Origin: an uncultured virus (IMG/VR IMGVR_UViG_3300025061_000003)
Taxonomy: Duplodnaviria > Heunggongvirae > Uroviricota > Caudoviricetes
Direction: 5' to 3' (one strand)
Length of the DNA: 20,000 bases
Virus record (IMG/VR): IMGVR_UViG_3300025061_000003
Below, one piece after another: positions 7,887 to 17,200 of this stretch. Below the pieces are notes generated by a model that was not told where the DNA came from, made no database searches, and saw nothing but the letters and a program-made list of their open reading frames with translations. Position numbers and translations under genes: made by a program. Every line of letters begins with the position of its first letter. The first letter of the stretch is position 1.

Positions 7887-7915
7887 TTGAAAAAAAGGAT
7901 AAATTTTAGTATAAT
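7887..7915 (+). promoter_or_regulatory. sigma70-type promoter
   Basis: TTGAAA-N17-TATAAT. Confidence 0.65.
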
Positions 7916-7944
7916 TAACGAGTGTTCTAAATAAAGAGGTTTTT

Positions 7945-8202
7945 ATGAAAACATTTATTTTAATTTTATTTACTTTATTATCTTTTAATAGCTTTGCTGG
8001 TAATGATATTGATTACGAAAGAATTTTAAAGAAGGCAAGTTATGAAAACTGTCGAATTTCAGTGAAAAATGGAAAAATAACAACTCATAACTGTAAAGCA
8101 GAAGATAAAAAAAATGATGTTATTCGTGAAGCTGATTGGGAAATAGAAAGAGCAGTTAATCGTAAAATTGATAAAACATTAGATAAAATTTTTAAATGGT
8201 AA
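7945..8202 (+). CDS. Small exported protein (Sec signal peptide)
   Basis: GAGG RBS; MKTFILILFTLLSFNSFA signal peptide; one Cys pair in the mature part. Confidence 0.75.
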   Translation: MKTFILILFTLLSFNSFAGNDIDYERILKKASYENCRISVKNGKITTHNCKAEDKKNDVIREADWEIERAVNRKIDKTLDKIFKW

Positions 8203-8220
8203 AAAAAACTAATTAGCGCA

Positions 8221-8250
8221 ATTTATCCCTGCCCAATCGGGCGAGGATTT
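8221..8250 (-). repeat. GC-rich imperfect hairpin, copy 2 (may also act as terminator between convergent genes)
   Basis: Minus strand AAATCCTCGCCCGATTGGGCAGGGATAAAT, flanked by GCAA...TTGC. Confidence 0.65.
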
Positions 8251-8267
8251 CTTGCTCTTCTTCATCT

Positions 8268-11200
8268 TTATTCACAAATCTCACTACTAGTTAAAGTTTG
8301 ACTTGTATCTGCATTCACTACTGTTAAACTTCCAGAATCAACAGCTTGACAGAAATTAGAACCAACTGCTGGTTTTCTTGTATATTGACTTGGATCATCT
8401 AAATATACAGGGAATGAAGGATTATTAACTTGTAAATTCTCTAAATAAGTAATATCAGTCAAGTTTGGATTACTTGTTAGATATAAGTAACCTTTTAATT
8501 CTGAAAGATTTATTAAACCTGATATATCCACAAGGTTATTACCATTTAAGAATATATCACCTGCTGTGGTTAATGAAAATAATCCATTAATATTATTTAA
8601 ATTATTTAAACTAACATCTAATCTATCTCTTATTTCACTTACACCACCTAAGAAATTTATATGACTTAAATTATTATTTTTTAAGTTTACATTATAAATG
8701 GATAGCACATTCCAATTAGAAGTAGGTATTAAGCTATTATCTATAGCATTATTACTTAAATCAATCGTTATATCATTTGTTTCCATATCAGTAATATAAC
8801 CATAATCTAACATTACTTTATTATCATAAAAATAAGTCATCCAAGGGTTAGTTGATGAACATACTTCACCTGCTTTTAGTATTACTTCACCTTCAAGTAA
8901 ATCCTCTGGTCTTACTTCTGTTGCTAATATTGCTTCACATAATGGTGTTGATATATTTGGTTTATTTGTATATTGACTTGGATTATTAATATATATAACC
9001 GCATTTGATATTTTACTTATTGGAGTTAAATCCTCTACATTATTATTACCATTAATTTTTAACTCTTGATTAACATTTGTTAACTCTTCTATTCCTGTTA
9101 TATTCGATAGGTTATTATAACTAAAATCTACTTCATTTACACTTGTTATATCATTCATGAAATCTATATGTGTTATTTCATTCTCACTTAAATCAAAATT
9201 ATAAATTTCAGGTAAATTAATATCAACTTGTGGTAAATCAGAACTTACTATACCCCTACTTGATAAATCAGCATCAATATTCTCGGTAATCCAATCCGAT
9301 AGTTCTAAGTTATCAAGCATTACTTCTTGTTCAAAGAAATATTGTAACCATTCATTTGTTGAAGAACAAATCTCATTAACATCTACTTGCCTTGTAGTTG
9401 CTTTCACTTCTATAATGATATTATCATTTGCAACATTTATACAGAATGGAGTAGTAACATCTGGTTTTGTTATATATTGTGTTGGTTCATCTACATATAA
9501 TTTACCCAATAATGTTGATAAATCACCTATTTTACTTATATCAACTAATGGCGAGTTTCCTGAAATATCAAAATCTCCTCCAATATAGTTAAGATTTTCT
9601 AATTCTTCTAATGTAACTATATTATTATTATTTAATGATAAATCTCCTTGTACATTTTCAAGACTACCAAGACCATTTATACTTGTTAATGCATTATTAC
9701 TTAAATTTAATTCTTCATTTATATTTGTTAAACCTACTAAGAAAAATACCGAAGTAATATTGTTATTGCTTATATCAAAATTTAATAAGTTCCCTATGCT
9801 TAGAGTACCATCTGGTATATCTGTATCTGTAAATGCATTATTACTTAAATCAATTGGCGTGGTTTGATTATTTAATTCACTTAACTCATTAATATCAAGA
9901 GCTTGACCATTATCCTGAAGGAATTGTAACCATAGCGCACTTGCATCACAAATTTCTAAATAAGACACTACCCTTTCTGTTGTTCTTACTAATACATCTC
10001 CTGCACTAGCTGCCTGACAGAATGGTGAACTACTATCTGGTTTATTTATATATTGACTTGGTTTATCAATGTAAATATAGTTATTGTTTGTATCTGTTAT
10101 ATTTGAGATATTTCTTAAATCTTCTACATTTTCATTTTCATTTAAATAAACTGTTCCATTTACTGTTGTTAATGAGTCTAAACCTTCAAATGTTGTTAAA
10201 TTATTATTACTTAAATCAAGATTATTTACGGTTGTAACATTTCTTAAACCATTTAATGTAGTTAATTGATTACCACTTACGTCTAAATTATTTCTAATAA
10301 CAATAACATCCGACAAAAACTCTATGTCCGTTAATGTATTATTAGCCAGTGATATATTGTAGAATGTATTTACACCAAGCGTAATTAATGGTAAATCTTC
10401 ATTTCCTAATCCATTTCCACTTAAATCTATATTCAAATCTTGAGTTACTAAATCATTTAAATCAATATTCCATAATACCTGATTATAATCATGAAATAAC
10501 TGGAACCATTCGTTTTCTACATTACACACTCTTGCAAGAGCTAACCTTTCACCAGAAGCTTGTAATCTAACAGCACCAGTCTTAACAGCATTACAGAACG
10601 GTGTACCACTTAATGGCTTGTTTGTGTATTGTTCATAATCATCAAGATATACCCAATGATGATGGTTTTGGTTAAATGTTGCACAATTTAAATTAGCACA
10701 ATGATTATGATTGAAATATGTTACAGAAGCTAAATTAGACAAACCTGTTATATCTGTTAATGTTGGGTTTTGATCTAAAAATAAATCAGCATAAGTCATT
10801 TCTGTTAAATTTATTAAACCATTTACATTTTTTAAGTTATTTCTTCTTAAATTAATTGAATAAATATCAGCACCAGGTCTTCCCGTCCAAGTTCCTGCTG
10901 ATTCCGATATTGGTTCATGTTGACCACCAAATCTACCAAGATTTATTAATCCATCTACATTTTCTAATAAATTATCATATAAGAATACATCACCATTATT
11001 AATATTAGTTACACTTACTAATGGATCTATATTTACTAATTGATTACTATGTAAAGAAATTTTATCTCTTATAGTAGACACACCCGATAAGAAATCTATG
11101 TTGTTTAAATTATTATTATTTAAAATAATAGAGTATATTGAATCAACACCTAAATTCCCTTCTGGTAGATTTTCATTTGCTAATCCTAAATTATTTAAAT

Positions 11201-14200
11201 CTGCAATTGAATCATTTGTTTTCCATTGTTGAAGCGAATAATAAGAGTCAAAATCAGAATTTAAATTAAAAGCTTTAAGAAAATCTAACCAAGCGAATTC
11301 TGATGGAGCATCCGAACAAATTGCGTTGGCTTGTTGTCTATCTCCATTATTATATAATTTAACTACACCATTATTTATTCTTTCACATACTATATTTTCA
11401 TCATATACTAATTTTGTATATTGTGACGGTTCATCTATTTCTATTGCATTTGCACTTGTAAATTGATTAAACAAAGATATATCTACAAGATTTGCGTTAT
11501 TTCTTAAATCTAATGTTCCTGTAATTGTTGTTAAATTAGTTAAACCTTCTAAACTTACTCTTCCTGTATTTCTTAAATCTAAATCAACAATAGTTGTTAA
11601 TTGACTAAGAGAATTAATATCAACAATATTTGGATTATTTGCAAGCAATATTCTTTGAGCATTCGTTATATTACTTAAACCACTTATATCTGTTAATGCA
11701 TTATCATTTAAATTCAAGGTTTCTCTAATTGTTGTTACATCTGATAAGAAATTAACATTTTGAATAAAGTTATCACTTAAGTTTAATGTATATAAACTTG
11801 TTACACCAATTAAATTAGGTGGTAAATCAGAATTTTCAAGTGATAAGCCTGTTACTTTTGCAATACCAGCTTTTGTTTGCCATTCTGAAATATCATTATA
11901 CGTTAGTAATTGTCCATTATCTCTAAAGAATAATAACCATAAGTAATCATCAGAGAAGTTGTTACATAAATCTCTGATATCTATTAAATTACCTGTGTAA
12001 TAAGGTAATATAATATCATTTTTAATACCATCACAGAATGGAGTTAAGTAATCAAGCTTTGGTGCATAATTATTAGGATCATCAAATCTTATTTCATTTG
12101 CACTTACAAGATTTTCTAAATCATTTATATTACTTATTGCTGTATTATTTAAATATAATTTATCAACATTTCTTAACCCTGTTAAACCTGATATATCTTC
12201 TAAGTTTATATTATTATTAAAATAAACATTAGTTAAACCAGCAAAATTAGTTAAATTAGGAACTCTTGTTAATTCATTGTATGATAAATCAATATTTACA
12301 AGACCTGTTTGTATATTATCAAGTGGGGATATTTCTGATATACTATTGTTTTGTAAATATAAATTAACGTAATTGGTTATATTACTTAAACCTGTAATTC
12401 TGTTAATTTGATTATCTGAGAAATTTAATGTCCTTCTTACATTTGTAACATTTGACATAAAATCTACATTACTGATATTATTATTATTCATTAACAAATC
12501 ATATACACTTGTTGTTGCCATTGGACTTTCTGGTAGTTGATTATCGTTAAATCCTTTTGAGGATAAATCACCTATTCCGTTATTCGTTTCCCAATCTGAT
12601 ATCTCTGTATAAGATGGTAATTGATTATATGTATGGAATAAATTTAACCATAAATCTTGATCATCTGCATTATTACATAAATAACCCATTGCTATTTTAT
12701 TATTTGAATCACCAATAAACACTTTTATATCTTGTGTTGCTACTGCTTGACAAAATGGTGAGGTTGCTTCCATTATAGTTAAGTATTGTTCTGGAGAATC
12801 AAATTCAACTCTTTGAGCATACGTAAGATTGCTTAATCCACTTATATCTGTTAATGAAGGGTTTGTATGCATTGATATCTCATTGCCTACATAGTTTAAA
12901 TTTAAGAATCCATCAAGACTTATTAATCTATTATTACTTAAATCAAAATTATTTTCTATTCTTGTAATTTTAGTAATACTTGAAATATCATTTATTAAAT
13001 TATTTTGAGCATAAAAACTTTCTCTTACTTCTGTTAAGTTTCTTAAAATATCTAATTGAGTAAAGTTATTGTCTGAAATATCAAACATATATAACTTAGA
13101 AGCATCAATTGGGAATGAAGGGAAGTCATTTTCACTTAATGAATTTCCAGATAAATCAACTTTTGACGTATTATTTGTTAATTCCCAATCAAATATAGTA
13201 TCAGCATCTCTCATTTGTTCATAAGAGTGGAATATATCCATCCATAATGCATGGTTCGGTACGTTATTACAAAGATTAGTAATCGACACAAAATCATTAT
13301 TATATTCAGGAATAATATCACTAGCTGTAATACCTATACAAAATGAAGTATTATAATCTGGTAGTATTGTGTACTGTGTTGGTTCATCAATAGCAAAGTT
13401 TCTTCTTGTTGGATTCACATAAGCTAAATTAGCTAAACCAGTTAAATTATTTAACTTAGGGTTGTTATTTAATAAGAAATCTCTATCAATTCTATTTACT
13501 GTACCTAAATCAACCGTATTTAATAATAAATTATTTGATAAATCTAAATCAAAATCTATATTAGACACACCTGTTGAAACATTGAATGTTTTTAAAGAAT
13601 CATTATTGTTTGCTACAATACTTCCCTCTATATTGCCAATATTATCAATTATAACACTTTCTAATAATGGATTATCATACAATAATAAATCGCCATTTAT
13701 TGTGTTTATTGTTCCTATATTTACGCTTTTTAATGAAGGCATATTATACATTCTTAATTCACCATAAGCTCTTTCTATATTATTTAGTGTTATATTTTCT
13801 AAACTATTGTTTTGGTAAATATCAAGAGAACTTTTTATATATCTCATATTATTTATTGTGAAATCTTTTAATAAATTATTATTTCTTACAATTATTCCGT
13901 AGTTATCTCCTTGATTTAAAATATTATCAATATAAATATTAGTTAAATCTGGATTACTTGTTATTTGTAAGAATCTACCTAAATTGTTAATTGTATTAAT
14001 TGTTATGTCTTCTAATCCTTGATTATTCTCTATTATTAGAGATCTATTAATATTGCCACCACCTATAATTGCATTAGTAAAAGCATTATTATTTAACGTA
14101 TAATCCAACTCTATACCTGCAATTGAGTCTTGAATAAAATTCGTCAAACCTGTATTATTTTCAATTGATAATGCACCTTGGAAATCAACTCCATTTATAT

Positions 14201-17200
14201 TCATATTGCTTAATGAAGTATTATTTATTGATACATCACCACCAATTGTAGTTAATAACGGGTTCTCCAATGTTGTTAATAGTGGATTATTTTCTATTAA
14301 TAAATTACCTGTTAATGTTGATAATTTTGGTAATGAAATGGTTTCAAGAGAAGCATTATTGTTTATCTCTAAATTATTTACACTATTCAATTCTTGTGGA
14401 GCAAATTCAACCATTGGGTTATTTGATACTGTTAAATCATTTATTGAAACAAGAGTATCTAAACCTGTAAAATCTATTAAATCATTACCTTCAAGATTCA
14501 AATTATTTCTTATTGTTGCTACACCATTTAAAAAGCTTACATTCTCAAGATTATTATATGAGATATCTAAATCATATATTGAAGATAACTCAAAAGTCTG
14601 TTGTGGCAATCTATTATTTATTAAATTTCTAGCCGATATATTTGCAGTTGTATTTGTATTTAACCACTTATCAAATGTTGCAAAATTAGTTAACTGATTT
14701 TCCTTATTAAAGAAGTCTAACCAAGCTATGTGGGCTGGAACATTACTACAAATGTCTACATAATATACATCAGAACCATTATATGTAACATTTATTAGTT
14801 TATTGTAATAAGCTTGACAAAATTGAGAATTAAAATCTGGTTTTATTTCAAGTTCTAATGGATTTTTCATTATTACTGTATTAGGGGTTAAATTTGCTAA
14901 TGGACTAATATCATTTAATGGAGTATTTGATATATCTAAATAAATCAATGAATTGAAATTTTCAATTGGTACAAGTGTAGGAATTGCAGTATTATTTATT
15001 CTTAACTCTAATGTACCTGAAACATTTCTTAATATTGATATATCATCAAGGTTTGGATTATATGATAAATTAAGATAATTAATCTCATTTATTTCTTCCA
15101 TTCTATCTAATGATTCAATATCATTATTACTTAATTTAAGATTTTTAATCTTTTGTAATCTTCCTAATCCAGCAATATTATTTATTCTATTATTATTAAA
15201 ATTCAATTCTTCTCTTACAACTTCAACTAAATTTAAAAAACTAATATTTGAAAGTAAGTTGTTAGAGAAATTTAATGAATATATTTGAGTAGTCGGCATA
15301 CGAGCACTTGGTATATCACCAACTGTCAAACTCTTAGAAGCCATTGTTGCTGTTACATCATTTCTTTCCCAATCACTTAAATCAGTAAATCCTATTAGTT
15401 GCCCCTGCGATTGTAAATAGTTTAACCATTTAGCATCATTAGGCACACCATTACATATTTCTGTAATATATATTCTTCTACTTGTTGATTTAACAATTGG
15501 AACAACTAAACCACGCGACATTTCAAAACAAAATGGTGAAGTAAAATCTATTAATTCATATTGCGTTGGTTCATTTAAATAAATTTCTAATCCTTTTTCT
15601 ATATTTTCTATGCCTGATAAATCTATAATATTTGGATTACCACTTAAATCTAATCTTCCTACTCTTCTTAAGTTTGATAATTGAGTAGTATCTGTAATTC
15701 CTGTATTTGATAAATTTATTATTCCTGTTACTTCTTCTAAGTCCTCTAAACCATTTAGGTTTGCAAGTGGATTTCCATTTAATAATAAATCCCCCCTTAC
15801 TTCTTCTAATCCTAATAAAAATCCTACTTCTGTTAAGTTATTGTTCGAGGCATTTAATGTAAATAAAGAACTCAAATTTATTGTACTACTTGGTAAATCA
15901 GCATTGGATATATTTTTATTATTTATATTTGCTACTTCATCAATTGATAACCATTGATCTAAATTACTAAGTTTTAATAATTCTCCCTTTTTATGAAAAA
16001 AACTTAACCATAATCCTTTATCTGAAACGTTTTCACATATTTCTTCTACATAAACTTTTTTATTATTTATTATATCTTCTACATTTACTGTATTAGCAAG
16101 AATTCCTTGACAGAAGGGCGCTGTAAAGTCTGGACGTATTGTATATTGATTAACTGAATCTAATTCTATTTTACCTATATTTACATTAGATATTCCTGTA
16201 ATATCAGATAAATCATTGTTATTATTTAATTTCAAAACACCACTAACTGAATTTAATGTTAATAAAGCATTAATATCATTTATATTATTATTATTTAAAT
16301 ATAAATCGTTTATATTTGTAATATTTAATCCTTCAACATTAATTAATAAATTATTACTTAAATTTAAATTATTAAAGTTATTATTATTTAATGCATTTAC
16401 TTCGGTAATATTGTTATTTGATAATATTAAATTTTCAACAAAGCCATTCAGTGTTGATAAACCATTGATTTCTGAAATCTTATTATTGTTAAAATTTAAA
16501 CTTCCTCTAACAGTATTAACTTCTTGCATAAAGTTTAAATTATCAAGTTCTTGATTTGTTATTTCTAATGTATAAATACTTGATAGTGGTAAATTACTAT
16601 CTGGTAAATTATTATTCAATAAACCTTTAGGATCATTAATCGCGCCTACTTCATTTTTTAATAACCATTGCGACAAACTATTTAGATTATTTAATGTGTT
16701 ATGTTCTGATTGAAAAAAACTTAACCATTCATCTTCTGAACTCACATTCGAACATACATCTTTCATTCCTAACTTTCTGTTTATGTCAAAAACATTTACA
16801 GATAAAGATTTTATAGCTTGACAAAAGTTTGTGGTTGTTTCTGGCTTGAATGTATATTGTGAAGGTTCATCTATTACTAATTGTTCTGCATATGTTAAAA
16901 ATTCTAAATCTAATAATGAATTTACATTATCATTACCATTTAATTTTAAAATTTTTGCAGATTTTAAATTAGATACCGCACCTATATTAGATAAATTATT
17001 ATTACTTAAATCAAGCTCACCTCTTACTCTTGTTATATTATTTAAAAAGAAAGCATTCGCTAAATTATTATCAGAAAAGTCTAATGAGTCTAATGAATTA
17101 ATTCTCATTAAACTATTAGGAATATCTGCATTTGTTAAATTAAGAGTTGAAACATCTGCTTTATTTGGATTGCTTTCCCAATCTGACAAATTATTGAAGT

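Noticed and set aside
7832..7909. 25-aa ORF MKYLIIRTKNCIKKIPKKIEKKDKF, also ending in Phe
   Set aside because: Very short, overlaps the 7887-7915 promoter and may be a remnant; not counted as a gene or as support for the terminal-Phe motif.
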